From an uncultured Gemmatimonadales bacterium (GTDB taxonomy: Bacteria > Gemmatimonadota > Gemmatimonadetes > Gemmatimonadales > GWC2-71-9): DNA of 64,000 bases. The notes under the pieces were generated by a model. It was not told the origin of the DNA and did not search any database. It saw only the letters and a program-made list of their open reading frames with translations. Below are positions 35,705 to 51,813 of this stretch, piece by piece (position 1 is the stretch's first letter; every line of letters begins with the position of its first letter). Both the position numbers and the translations under genes were made by a program. The stretch spans positions 160,001 through 224,000 of the forward strand of contig CAVVKJ010000010.1 in the NCBI GenBank assembly GCA_963748815.1, read 5' to 3'.

Positions 35705-37305
35705 TCAGGGGGTGTCGAGCATGGGATACGCCGGGAGCGTCAGGAATTCGACGAACACCCTGGCGGTGGACAGTTCTGTGAACAGGTCGCGCGCGTCGGG
35801 ATAGCGCGCCGCGGCGAAGCGCGACGCGCCAATCTCATTCTCGAGGCCGGCGTACTCCTCCGCCACCATTCGGCGGAATGCCGCGTCGGTGAGCGTGGCG
35901 GCCTTTCCATCGGCCATCGTGACATCCACTTCGTTGTGCAGCCACTGCCAGACCTGGGAGCGGCAGATCTCCGCCGTGGCGGCGTCCTCCATGAGGTCGT
36001 AGAGCGGCACGCAGCCGTTGCCTACCAGCCAGGCCGCCAGGTAGTGGATACCGACCCGGATGTTGTGCCGGAGCCCCGCCTCGGTGCGGGTGCCCTCGGG
36101 CACCGCGAGCAGGTCCGCCGCCGACACTTCGCACGTCCTCCCGCATGCACGTCGAGCTGGTTGCGCTTGGTGCCGAGGACGTTCGTGAACACCTCGAGCG
36201 CGATCGGGACCAGCCCCGGATGCGCCACCCAGGTGCCATCGTGCCCGTCTCCGGCCTCGCGTCGTTTGTCCGCGCGCACCTTCTCGAGCGCCGCTTCGTT
36301 CCGCGCGTCGTCGCCCTTGATCGGGATCTGGGCCGCCATCCCGCCCATCGCGAAAGCGCCTCGGCGGTGACAGGTCTTGATGAGCAGGGTGGTGTAGGAG
36401 CGCATGCAGTGCGCCGCCATCGTCACCTGCGCGCGGTCGGGGAGCACGCGCCCCGGGACCGCCTTGAGCGTCTTGATGACGGAGAAGATGTAGTCCCAGC
36501 GGCCGCAGTTGAGTCCCACGATGTGGTCGCGCAGCTCGTACAGGATCTCGTCCATCTCGAACGCCGCCGGCAGCGTCTCGATGAGAATGGTCGCCTTTGC
36601 CGTCCCGACCGGCAGGCCGAGCTTCGTCTCGGCGTGGGTCATGACCTCGTTCCACCACCGCGCCTCGAGATGCCCCTGCAGCTTCGGCAGGTAGTAGTAG
36701 GGGCCCGTCTTCCTCGCGAGCAGCTCCGCCGCGTTGTGGAAGAGGTAGAGCCCGAAGTCCACCAGTGGCGCCGGGGCAGGGGAGCCGTCGACCAGCAGGT
36801 GCCGCTCCTCGAGGTGCAGGCCGCGGGGCCGCACCAGCAGCACGGCAATCTTCTTGTCCAGGCGATAGGACTTGCCGCTGGTTGGGTCGACGTAGTCGAT
36901 CTTCCGCCGCACCGCGTCCATCAGGTTCGCCTGGCCGGAAATCACGTTCTCCCAGGTCGGCGCCAGCGAATCCTCGAAGTCGGCCATGAATACCTGCGCG
37001 CCGGAGTTGAGCGCGTTGATGACCATCTTGCGGTCCACCGGCCCGGTGATCTCCACCCGGCGGTCGAGCAGGTCGGCCGGAATCGGGGCCACCTTCCAGT
37101 TGCCCGCGCGGACCTCCGCCGTCTCCTCCAGGAAGTCGAGCGTCTCGGCGCCGGCATCCAGACGTGCCTGCCGCGCGGCGCGCGATGCCAGCAGCTCCTT
37201 GAGCGGAGCCCGAAAACGGCGGGTCAGCTCTTCAATGAACTCCAGCGCCTCAGGGGTGAGGACGCGATCGAGATCGGCGGGCGCGTGCGCGGCCTGCAGG
37301 GCCAT
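35705..37305 (-). CDS. aceB: Malate synthase A (frame break near 36130-36150, likely sequencing indel)
   Basis: [38 protein letters not shown] across two frames. Confidence 0.93.
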
Positions 37306-37559
37306 ATCGCGGGCTCCGGTAAGAGTCACTCAATAGTGGTATTGGACAGCCGAGGAGACCGTGGGTTTCTCGTGAAAATCCCGTTCGGTCTCCATATGTA
37401 GGAGAGGGGGCAAGAACCGGGCTTGTGGGGGAGGTAGATACAGCGATGGTAAGATCAAATAACCACAAATAGTTACAGAGATCCATCCACCGGGGCTGTT
37501 GCACAGAAGAAACGATTGAATTCAGTCCGATCGCGACATCGCCTGGTCCGCAAAGACCA

Positions 37560-37586
37560 TGGACCCCGGCTCTCGCCGGGGTGACG
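37560..37586 (-). repeat. REP-like palindrome (CGTC-tagged)
   Basis: Minus strand CGTCACCCCGGCGAGAGCCGGGGTCCA. Confidence 0.8.
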
Positions 37587-37596
37587 ACTTGTGCAG

Positions 37597-38664
37597 TTAC
37601 TGCCCCGCGGCTCCGCTGCCCCGCTGCCCCGCCAGTTGCCCACATGCTGCCTTGATGTCGAGTCCTCTGCTCCGCCGCACCACCGCCTCGACCCCGCGCG
37701 CCTGCAGTCGCCCCGCAAACAACTTGATCTTGTTCGACGGGGTCGGCTCCAGCCCCGGCGCTCCGCCCGGGTGCAGCGGCAGCAGGTTCACCAGCGCCCC
37801 ATGCCTGTTCGCCAGCGCAGCGAGCGCATCGGCGTCCTGGTCGCTGTCGTTCTTCCCGGCAATCATCACGTACTCGAAGGTGATCCGCTTCCGGAACGCC
37901 GTCGCCGCGGCCAGCACCGCCTCGAGGTCGTACTTCTTCTCGATCGGCATGATGGCCAGCCGCCGCTCCGCCGTCGGCGCATGCAGCGAGATGGCCAGCC
38001 GGAACTGTTCCGGCCTCGCCGCGAGCTGCTTCATGCCGGGAATGATGCCGACGGTGCTCACCGTGATATGCCGGGCGCCGATGCCCAGCCCTTCGGGATG
38101 GTTGAGAATGCTGAGGGAGACATCCACACCCGGCCAGTTGAGCAGCGGCTCCCCCATCCCCATGAAGACGATGTTGCTCGGCTTGTCGGTCGGGTCGCGC
38201 AGCATCACCTCGCGGACCTGCCCGGCAATCTCAAACGGGCTCAGGTTCCGACGGAACCCCATCAGTCCCGTTGCGCAGAAGACACAACCGAGCGCGCAGC
38301 CGGCCTGCGAGGAAATGCAGAGGGTGCGGCGGCTGCCGGAGGGAATCAGCACCGACTCCACCGCCTCGCCGTCGTCGAGCCGCCAGAGGAACTTCCGGGT
38401 GCCGTCCTGGGAAAGCTCGGACAACTCCTCCTTGAGGCGGCGGAGCGGGAGCGCCGCATCCAGTTCGGCGCGCAGGGGGGCGGGCAGCTCGGTCGCCTCG
38501 CTCCACGCCGCGATCGGCTGGACCCAGAGGCGCCGGTGGAGCTGCTCGGTGCGGTAGCGCGGGAGGCCTCGTCCCTCGACCCACTTCGCGAGGCGTTCGC
38601 GCGCGGCGTCGGGGGTGAGGTCGAGAATCGAATCTGCGGGCGGAGCGACGCGAGGAGATGCCAT
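37597..38664 (-). CDS. rlmN: 23S rRNA m2A2503 methyltransferase RlmN
   Basis: CISSQAGCALGCVFCATG, FMGMGEP, SLHA, RG.DI.AACGQL. Confidence 0.96.
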   Translation of the reverse strand: MASPRVAPPADSILDLTPDAARERLAKWVEGRGLPRYRTEQLHRRLWVQPIAAWSEATELPAPLRAELDAALPLRRLKEELSELSQDGTRKFLWRLDDGEAVESVLIPSGSRRTLCISSQAGCALGCVFCATGLMGFRRNLSPFEIAGQVREVMLRDPTDKPSNIVFMGMGEPLLNWPGVDVSLSILNHPEGLGIGARHITVSTVGIIPGMKQLAARPEQFRLAISLHAPTAERRLAIMPIEKKYDLEAVLAAATAFRKRITFEYVMIAGKNDSDQDADALAALANRHGALVNLLPLHPGGAPGLEPTPSNKIKLFAGRLQARGVEAVVRRSRGLDIKAACGQLAGQRGSGAAGQ

Positions 38665-38839
38665 GGGGCAAAGATAGTCCTGCTGTCCTTGCGAGGCGTC
38701 CCCGCACGGGGCCGCCGAAGCAATCACTGGCCACCTAAGCCCTTTTGTTTGAATTACTTGCCCCTCCCCCGGGCGGCGGTTACGTTTCCCGTAGCCGCGG
38801 CTTTCGGCCGCCCTCCCGACTCCGCAAGGAAATCGCCGC

Positions 38840-41570
<2,731 letters not shown>

Positions 41571-41585
41571 GGGTGGACGGGCAGC

Positions 41586-42011
41586 GTGGCCGCGGCCGCT
41601 GAGGTGACGGTGCACGGGCGCGTGATCCCGGTGCCGGCCGCCGCCGTGCGCCGGGCGGTGCGCACGGTGCTCACCGGGGAGCGCCGCCACGCCGCGGTGT
41701 CGGTCACCTTCCTCGGGCGCGAGGCGATGCGCCAGATGAACCTCCGGCACAAGGGGCACGACTTCCCGACCGACGTGATCAGTTTCGCCCTCCCCGATCC
41801 GCGCGGCGGACTGCTCGGCGATCTCTACATCTGCCGCTGGCAGGCGGAGCGCGAGGCCCGCCGTCGCGGGCTGCCGGTGCGCGAGGAACTGCTCCGGCTG
41901 GTCGTGCACGGCACGCTGCACATCCTCGGGTGGGATCACGACGACGGCGCCGGCCGGGAAGCATCCGCGATGTGGGTCCGGCAAGAGCGCTACCTCCGGA
42001 AGATCGCGTGA
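41586..42011 (+). CDS. ybeY: rRNA maturation RNase YbeY
   Basis: PTDVISF, LGDLYI, HGTLHILGWDH. Confidence 0.95.
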   Translation: MAAAAEVTVHGRVIPVPAAAVRRAVRTVLTGERRHAAVSVTFLGREAMRQMNLRHKGHDFPTDVISFALPDPRGGLLGDLYICRWQAEREARRRGLPVREELLRLVVHGTLHILGWDHDDGAGREASAMWVRQERYLRKIA

Positions 42012-43179
42012 GCGCCTTCTTCCACGGCCTCCTCTCTCCGGCGGCGCTGGTCGGCTTCACCTTCTGGGCGGCGTGGCTCGCCCTCGCCGCGGAGTCGGAA
42101 GGCGACCTGCCCCGGGCCGACGGCGACGCGGCCCTGCCGCTCGCCCGACGTCTCCACATCGCGCACCTCGCGTTGCTCGTCATCGCGGGCGCCGCGGCCG
42201 CGACCTCCGTCGTCTGGTGGGCGTGGCCCCCGCTCCGGGGCGGCCTCTATCTCGCGCTGGCGGTGACGGTGGTGTGGGTGGTCGGCGACCTCCTGCCCCG
42301 GCTCCTCGCCGCCATCGCGCCGGATCTCGCCCGGCTGGTGCGTCCGGGCGCGGCGCGGTCGCTCGCCCTCTTTCGTCCCCTCTTCCACCTGGTGACCCTG
42401 GTCGACCAGCGCGGCATGCGACAGAGCCTCGCCCCGTCGCGCCCGGGGGCGCGGACCCCGCGCGACGCGATGATCGGCGTCTTCTCTCTCGCCGACATGA
42501 CCGTCGCCGAGGTGATGACGCCGCGGATCGACATCGTCGCCGTGGACGTCGCGGACTCGCGGGAAGAGGTGGTGTCCACGCTCAGCCGCGCCGAACACGC
42601 GCGGCTCCCGGTCTTCGAGGGACAGCCCGACGCCGTGGCGGGGGTCGTCTACGCCAAGGACATGCTGGCGCATCTCGACGACGACGCGACCGCCGCGCGG
42701 TGGACCGCGCTGATCCGCCCGGTGCCGTTCGTCCCCGAGGGCAAGACCCTCGACCGCCAGCTCCGCGACTTCCAGCGGGGTCCCAGCCACCTCGCGGTGG
42801 TGGTGGACGAGTTCGGCGGCACGGCGGGGCTCATCACCCTCGAGGACATTCTCGAGCAGGTGGTCGGCGAAATCCACGACGAGTACGACGTCGATGAAGT
42901 GGACCCGGTCGTCGCCGTGGAGGGAAACGCCTTCCGCGTCCTCGGCGGGGTGGCGCTCACCGAGCTCGAGGCCCTCTTCCACCAGGACCTCGGCCACGAG
43001 GATGTGAGCACCGTCGGCGGCCTGGTCCTGGCCCAGCTCGGCCGGGTCCCGCGCGCCGGCGACCAGGTCCGGGTCGGGGAACTCGTGCTGCAGGTGGAAC
43101 AGGTCAGCCGTCGACGCGTACGCCGGGTGCTGGCGCGGCGGGTGCAGGTCGACGACGATCCTGCGCCGGGGGAGGCGGC

Positions 43180-43183
<4 letters not shown>
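42008..43183 (+). CDS. Hemolysin/CorC-HlyC family CBS-domain membrane protein
   Basis: EVMTPRID, VVDEFGGTAGLITLEDILEQVVGEI. Confidence 0.9.
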
Positions 43184-45717
<2,534 letters not shown>

Positions 45718-45752
45718 CTTGCCCCGGTTCCTCTTCCGGGTGACTTTCCATC

Positions 45753-46796
45753 ATGGATCGTGACGCCCTGCTCGCCGGTCTCCGCGCGCGCCAACCCGCC
45801 GCCCTGGCACGCGCCATTTCGGTGGTCGAAAACGGCCGGGAGGGGTTCGAGCCGCTCCTCAGCGCGCTGCATCCGCAGCCTCGGCCGGGCCCACCGGATC
45901 GGCATCACCGGGCCGCCGGGCGCCGGCAAGTCCACGCTGACCGAACGGCTCGTCGCCGCGCTGCGGGCCCAGGGGCACACGGTGGCGGTGGTGGCGGTGG
46001 ACCCGACCAGCCCCTTCTCCGGCGGCGCCCTGCTCGGCGACCGGATCCGGATGGAGAGCATCGCGCTCGATCCGGGGGTGTTCATCCGCTCGATGGCGAC
46101 ACGCGGCTCGCTCGGCGGCCTCGCCACCTCGACACGCGAGGTGTGCGACGTCCTCGACGCGGCCGGCTTCGACCGGATCCTGGTGGAGACGGTGGGCGTC
46201 GGGCAGTCGGAGCTGGCCGTGTCACGCATGGCGGACACCAGCCTGCTGCTGCTGGTGCCCGAGTCGGGCGACGGCATCCAGACGCTCAAGTCGGGCGTGA
46301 TGGAGGTCGGCCGACCTCTTCGTGGTGAACAAGGCGGACCGGCCGGGGCGCCGACAAGCTGCGGCAGGAAATCGAGATCACCCTCGGCATTCGCCGCGGC
46401 AACGCCTTCCGCCACGTCCCGGCCCACCACGGCTTCAAGGCGCGCGCCAAGGCGGAGGCCGCTGCCGACGCGGCCGAGTCGGGCGAGGCGTGGAAGCACC
46501 CTGTCCTGGCCACGATCGCGGCGAAGGGCGAGGGGGTGGGCGAGGTGGTGGAGGCGCTCGAAGCCCATCGCGCCTGGCTCGAGGCCTCCGGAACGATGCG
46601 GGAACGCCGCCGCCGCCGGCTCGAGGAGCGCACCCGGGAAGTGGTGGACCGCGCGCTGGTCCGCTGGGTCTGGGACGAGACCGCCGCGGAGCAGTCCATC
46701 CGCGATCGGCTGGACGACCTCGAGACGGGGCAGGTGAGCCCGTACGAGCTGGCGGCACAGATACTGGACGCCCTCAAGCAGGGAGCACGCCCATGA
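45753..46796 (+). CDS. meaB: Methylmalonyl-CoA mutase-associated GTPase MeaB (frameshifted)
   Basis: GITGPPGAGKST, DPTSPFSGGALLGDRIRM, ETVGVGQSE, VNKAD. Confidence 0.9.
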
Positions 46797-48500
46797 GTTC
46801 ATCCGAGACGAACGGCTCACCCGACCGCCTGGCCGCCCAGGAGCGCGAACTCGCCGCGCCTCCGTTCCGAGGTCGCGGCCTGGCGCGAACGCTTTGCCAG
46901 GCTGCCGAAGCGCGACGACACCGATTTCACCTCGGTGTCCGGCCGCAGCGTGGATCCGGTGTACACCCCGCTCGACCTCGCACCGGACCTGCTCGGCCAG
47001 GGCATTCTGCCGGGGCAGTACCCCTACACCCGCGGCATCCACCCCAGCGGCGTACCGCGGCAAGCTCTGGACCATGCGGCAGTTCGCCGGCTTCGGCACG
47101 GCCCAGGACACCAACGAGCGCTACAAGTTCCTGCTCTCGCGCGGGCAGACCGGCCTCTCGGTGGCCTTCGACTTCCCGACGCTGATGGGGTACGACGGCG
47201 ACCACCCGCGCTCGGAGGGGGAGGTCGGCAAGTGCGGCGTGGCCATCTCGTCGCTGGCGGACATGGAGACGCTCTTCGACGGGATTCCGCTCGACCAGGT
47301 CTCCACCTCGATGACCATCAACGGCCCCGCGGCGATCATCTTCTGCTTCTACGTGGCCGCCGCGGAGAAGCAGGGGGTGTCCGATCGAGCAGCTGCAGGG
47401 GACGATCCAGAACGACATCCTCAAGGAGTACATGGCGCAGCACGCCTGGATCTTCCCGGCGGAACCGGCGCTCAAGGTCATCGTCGACATGTTCGAGTGG
47501 GCGGCGGAACACACGCCGAAGTGGAACACCATCTCCATCTCCGGGCTATCACATCCGGGAGGCGGGGGCCACGGCGGTGCAGGAGCTGGCGTTCACGCTG
47601 GCCAACGGCTTCTGCTACGTCGAACACGGGATCGCAGCGCGGGCTCGACGTGGACACCTTTGCGCCCCGGCTGTCGTTCTTCTGGGACGTGCACAACGAT
47701 TTCTTCGAGGAAATCGCCAAGATGCGGGCCGCCCGCCGGATCTGGGCCCGCCACCTGCGCGAGCGCTACGGGCCCGCGACCCGCGCAGCTGGATCATGCG
47801 GTTCCACTGCCAGACGGCCGGCGTCACGCTGACGGCGCAGCAGCCGCTCAACAACGTCGTCCGGGTGGCCTACCAGGCGATGGCCGCCGTCCTCGGCGGC
47901 ACCCAGTCGCTGCACACCAACGCCTTCGACGAGACGCTGGCGCTTCCCACCGAGGAGTCGGTGCGGATCGCCCTGCGCACCCAGCAGATCCTCGCCTACG
48001 AGACCGGCGTGCCGAACGTGACCGATCCGCTGGGCGGCAGCTATTACGTCGAGGCGCTGACCGACCAGCTGGAGCGGGAGGCGGAGGCCATCTTCGCGGA
48101 GATCGACGCGCAGGGCGGCGTGGTCAAGGCGATCGAGGCGGGGTGGTCGCAGCGGCAAATCGCGCGCGCCGCGGCGCGGTTCCAGCACGAAGTGGAGCAG
48201 CACCAGCGCACCATCGTCGGCGTCAACGAGTTTGTCGAGGACGACGAGACGGCGGTGGAAATCCTGAAGATCGGCGACGAGGCGGAGGCGTCCCAGCGGG
48301 AGCGGCTCGCCCGGCTGCGCGCCACCCGCGACCAGGCGCTCGTGGACCAGCGACTCGAGGCGCTGCGCCAGGCCGCCGCCGAGGACCGAAACGTGATGCC
48401 CGCCATGCTGGATTGCGCGCGGGCCTATTGCACTCTCTTTGAAATCCGCCACGTGCTCGAAGGGGTCTTCGGAACCTACCGGGAACCGGTGTTCTTCTGA
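46793..48500 (+). CDS. Methylmalonyl-CoA mutase family large subunit (frameshifted)
   Basis: [54 protein letters not shown]. Confidence 0.9.
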
Positions 48501-48528
48501 CCCCTCGGCCGATGGCCAGGAGGAAGTC

Positions 48529-49701
48529 ATGGCACGCAACAGCAAACCCGCCACCGGCAGCATCGTGGCGCAACTCGACCGTCTCAACACGTTCCGTCCC
48601 GGGAAGCATCGCGTCGTCACCTGCTACCTGAAGATCGAGCCGCGCGACCGCGCCCGCGGGAAGTACCTCATCAAGGTGAAGAACCGGGTCCGCGACCTCG
48701 AAGCCGCGCTGCCCGAGCTTGCCCTCGAGCGCGCGACGGTGGAGGCGGTCCGCGCCGACTTCGCCCGCGTCCTCGACTTCCTCAAGCAGCCCGGCAACCT
48801 CCCGCCGTCCCAGGGGCTCGCCATCTTCGCCTGTGGCCCGGAGAAGCTCTGGGAAGTGGTGGCGCTCCCGTTCGTGCACCGCTCCCGGCTGGCGGTGGAC
48901 CGCACCCCGCTGGTGCGCGAGTTGGCGGCCGCCGACGACGAGTTCGGCCGCATCCTGACCGCGGTGCTCGACCGGACCGCCGCCCGCTTCTTCCAGGTCA
49001 CCGCCTTCGGTGCCACGGAGGTGGCCGACCTCACCGCGGACGCCACGCGCGGTGGCCGCTTCACCGGCCCGCAGGACGGCCGCCCAGGCTGGGGGGAGCA
49101 CAACTACAACAACCGCCTCCGGACCGAACGGCAGCGGCATCTCGAGGCGGCGGCGCTGGAACTCCAGGCCCTCGACAAGAAGGAGCCGGTGCGCGGCATC
49201 GTGCTGGCGGGGAACGGCACCGACGCCGGTGTGCTGCAGCCGTACCTGCATCCCTACCTGCTCGATCGCGTCATGGGTGCCGTGCGGCTCAACGCCAAGA
49301 AGGTGACGCCGGCGGAGGTGCTCGAGGCCACGCTGGCGGTCCGCGCCGACTGGGAGCGCACCTCCGAATTGCTGCTGATGCACGATCTCGAGGAGGGACT
49401 CGGGACCGGGTGGGCGGTGGACGGCGTGCACGAGACGCTCAAGGCGCTCGGCCGCGGGCAGGTGCGCACCCTGCTGGTCGATCCCGATGTCGCCGAGTCG
49501 GGGTTCCGGGGCCTCGCGTCCGGCCGGCTGGCGCTGATGGAGGCCGATCTGCGCGGTGAAAGCGACGTGGTGCCCGTCCTGGACGTGATCGACGACGCCA
49601 TTGAAGAGGCGCTCCGGCAGCGCGTCACCGTCAACGTGGTGTTCGAGCCGGCAGCCAAGCAGGCGATCCACGGCCTGGCGGCGCTGCTGCGGTTCCGGTA
49701 G
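48529..49701 (+). CDS. Bacterial archaeo-eukaryotic release factor (baeRF/eRF1-like) protein
   Basis: [60 protein letters not shown]. Confidence 0.82.
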   Translation: MARNSKPATGSIVAQLDRLNTFRPGKHRVVTCYLKIEPRDRARGKYLIKVKNRVRDLEAALPELALERATVEAVRADFARVLDFLKQPGNLPPSQGLAIFACGPEKLWEVVALPFVHRSRLAVDRTPLVRELAAADDEFGRILTAVLDRTAARFFQVTAFGATEVADLTADATRGGRFTGPQDGRPGWGEHNYNNRLRTERQRHLEAAALELQALDKKEPVRGIVLAGNGTDAGVLQPYLHPYLLDRVMGAVRLNAKKVTPAEVLEATLAVRADWERTSELLLMHDLEEGLGTGWAVDGVHETLKALGRGQVRTLLVDPDVAESGFRGLASGRLALMEADLRGESDVVPVLDVIDDAIEEALRQRVTVNVVFEPAAKQAIHGLAALLRFR

Positions 49702-49733
49702 CCTCGCATCCTCTCAGACAGGAGCTCGCGCGC

Positions 49734-50159
49734 ATGACACGCACCAAGTCGCTGTCCCGGCCCATCCGGGTCCTCGTGGCCAAGCCCGGCCTCGATGGGC
49801 ACGACCGCGGCGCCAAGGTGGTCGCCGCGGCGCTGCGGGATGCCGGGATGGAGGTCATCTACACCGGGCTGCATCAGACTCCGGAGATGATCGCCGCCGC
49901 GGCGGTGCAGGAGGACGTCGATGTGGTGGGGCTGTCGATCCTTTCCGGCGCCCACATGACGCTCTTTCCCCGCGTCCGTCAGATGCTGGACGCCCAGGGC
50001 CGGAAGGATGTCCTCCTCACCGGCGGCGGCATCCTGCCCACGGAAGACGTCGCGGCGCTGGAAAAGCAGGGAACCGGCCGCCTCTTCGGGCCGGGCACGC
50101 CGACCTCCGATCTGGTGGAGTACATCCAGGCGTGGGCCGCCGAACACCTGAAGGACTGA
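49734..50159 (+). CDS. Cobalamin-binding subunit of the mutase
   Basis: [23 protein letters not shown]. Confidence 0.95.
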   Translation: MTRTKSLSRPIRVLVAKPGLDGHDRGAKVVAAALRDAGMEVIYTGLHQTPEMIAAAAVQEDVDVVGLSILSGAHMTLFPRVRQMLDAQGRKDVLLTGGGILPTEDVAALEKQGTGRLFGPGTPTSDLVEYIQAWAAEHLKD

Positions 50160-50160
50160 C

Positions 50161-51813
50161 GTGACGCCCTCCCGCAAGGATCCCCCCGCCGGCCGGCTCC
50201 GCACCCTGACCGGCGAATACCTCGAGCTGGCCCGCCGGCTGGAGCAGGGCGGCGGCGCCAAGCGCGTCGCCAAGATGCACGGCAAGGGCCAGCTCTCTCC
50301 CCGCGAACGCGTCGAGCAGCTCCGCGATCCCGGTACGCCCTGGGTGGAGATCGGGCTGCTGATCGCCTACGACCAGTATGACGGCCAGGCGCCGGGTGCC
50401 GGGGTCATCACCGGCGTCGGCGTCGTCGAGGGGCGGGAGGTCGTGATCGTGTCGAACGACGCCACCGTCAAGGCGGGGTCGTGGTGGCCGGAGACGATCA
50501 AGAAGATCCTGCGGGCGCAGGAGGTCGCCATGCGCCAGCGGATCCCGATCATCTATCTGGTGGACAGCGCCGGCGTGAACCTCCCCTACCAGGGCGGGGT
50601 GTTTCCGGGGCAGTACGGGGCGGCGCGGATCTTCTACTACAACTCGATCATGCGTCGCTACCTGCACGTGCCGCAGGTCAGCGCCGTGATGGGGAGCTGT
50701 GTGGCGGGCGGGGCGTACCTGCCGGCGCTGTCCGACGTGATCTTCATGGTGGACGGCACCAGCTTCATGGGGCTCGGCGGCCCGAACCTCGTGAAGGGCG
50801 CCACCGGTCAGACCGTGGATGGCGAGTCCCTGGGCGGGGCGCGCACCCACACCGAGGTCAGCGCCGTGGCGCACTATCGCGCCGCCACCGACGCCGAGTG
50901 CCTGCAGCGCATTCGCGAGTACGTGGGCCGGCTCCCGCGGCTCGACGGCGTGCGGCACAGCCGTGCGCCGCGTCACGCGCGACGCCGAAACGCGATCCCG
51001 GCGGAGCTGTACGACGTCCTCCCGCAGGATCACCGGATGTCGTACGACATGCAGCACCTCCTCGACTGCCTGCTCGACGACGGCGCGCTGGACGAGTTCC
51101 AGCCCGATGTGGCCAAGGAGATGATCTGCGGGCACGCCCACCTCGAGGGGTGGCCGGTGGCGGTCATCGTCAACCGGCGCGGCCTCGTGAAGGGGGCGCC
51201 GGGGACGCGGCCGAAGTTCGGCGGCATCGTCTATACCGAGAGCGCCGAAAAGGTCGCCTACTTCATCGAGACGGCCAGCCGGGAGCGGATCCCGCTCCTC
51301 TTCGTCCAGGACGTCAGCGGGTTCATGGTCGGCCCGGAGGCCGAACACTCCGGCATCATCCGCGCGGGGGCGCGCTTCGTCGAGGCCATGGCCACCGCCG
51401 TCGTCCCGAAGCTCGTGCTGACGGTGAACCACGCCTCTGGTGCCGGGTACTACGCCATGGCGGGGCAGGGGTTCGACCCCGACTTCATCCTCTCCTGGCC
51501 CACCGGCCGCATGGCCGTGATGGAAGGGGAGTCGGCCGTCACGGCGGTGCACGGCCCCGACATCGAGAAGGCCCGGCAGGCCGGGGGTGAGCCTTCCCCC
51601 GCGGTGCAGGCCTCGATGGATTCGATGCGCGAGGACTACGAACACCAGCTCGACGCCAAGTTCGCCGCCGCCCGCGGCTACGTCGACGCGATCATCACCC
51701 CGGAGGAGACCCGCGACCAGCTCGCCTTCCTCCTCCGGACGGTCTCGAACTATGGCGGGCCACACCTCGGTCCGTTCGTCCTTCCCCCGCTTGATTCGGT
51801 CGCCCAGCGCTAA
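50161..51813 (+). CDS. Acyl-CoA carboxylase beta (carboxyltransferase) subunit
   Basis: NDATVKAG, LVDSAG, GSCVAGGAYLPA, GFMVG, GAGYYAM. Confidence 0.93.
   Translation: MTPSRKDPPAGRLRTLTGEYLELARRLEQGGGAKRVAKMHGKGQLSPRERVEQLRDPGTPWVEIGLLIAYDQYDGQAPGAGVITGVGVVEGREVVIVSNDATVKAGSWWPETIKKILRAQEVAMRQRIPIIYLVDSAGVNLPYQGGVFPGQYGAARIFYYNSIMRRYLHVPQVSAVMGSCVAGGAYLPALSDVIFMVDGTSFMGLGGPNLVKGATGQTVDGESLGGARTHTEVSAVAHYRAATDAECLQRIREYVGRLPRLDGVRHSRAPRHARRRNAIPAELYDVLPQDHRMSYDMQHLLDCLLDDGALDEFQPDVAKEMICGHAHLEGWPVAVIVNRRGLVKGAPGTRPKFGGIVYTESAEKVAYFIETASRERIPLLFVQDVSGFMVGPEAEHSGIIRAGARFVEAMATAVVPKLVLTVNHASGAGYYAMAGQGFDPDFILSWPTGRMAVMEGESAVTAVHGPDIEKARQAGGEPSPAVQASMDSMREDYEHQLDAKFAAARGYVDAIITPEETRDQLAFLLRTVSNYGGPHLGPFVLPPLDSVAQR

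Noticed and set aside
37354..37393. Hairpin upstream of aceB as a riboswitch
   Set aside because: An imperfect inverted repeat is present, but I recognise no riboswitch or operator consensus.
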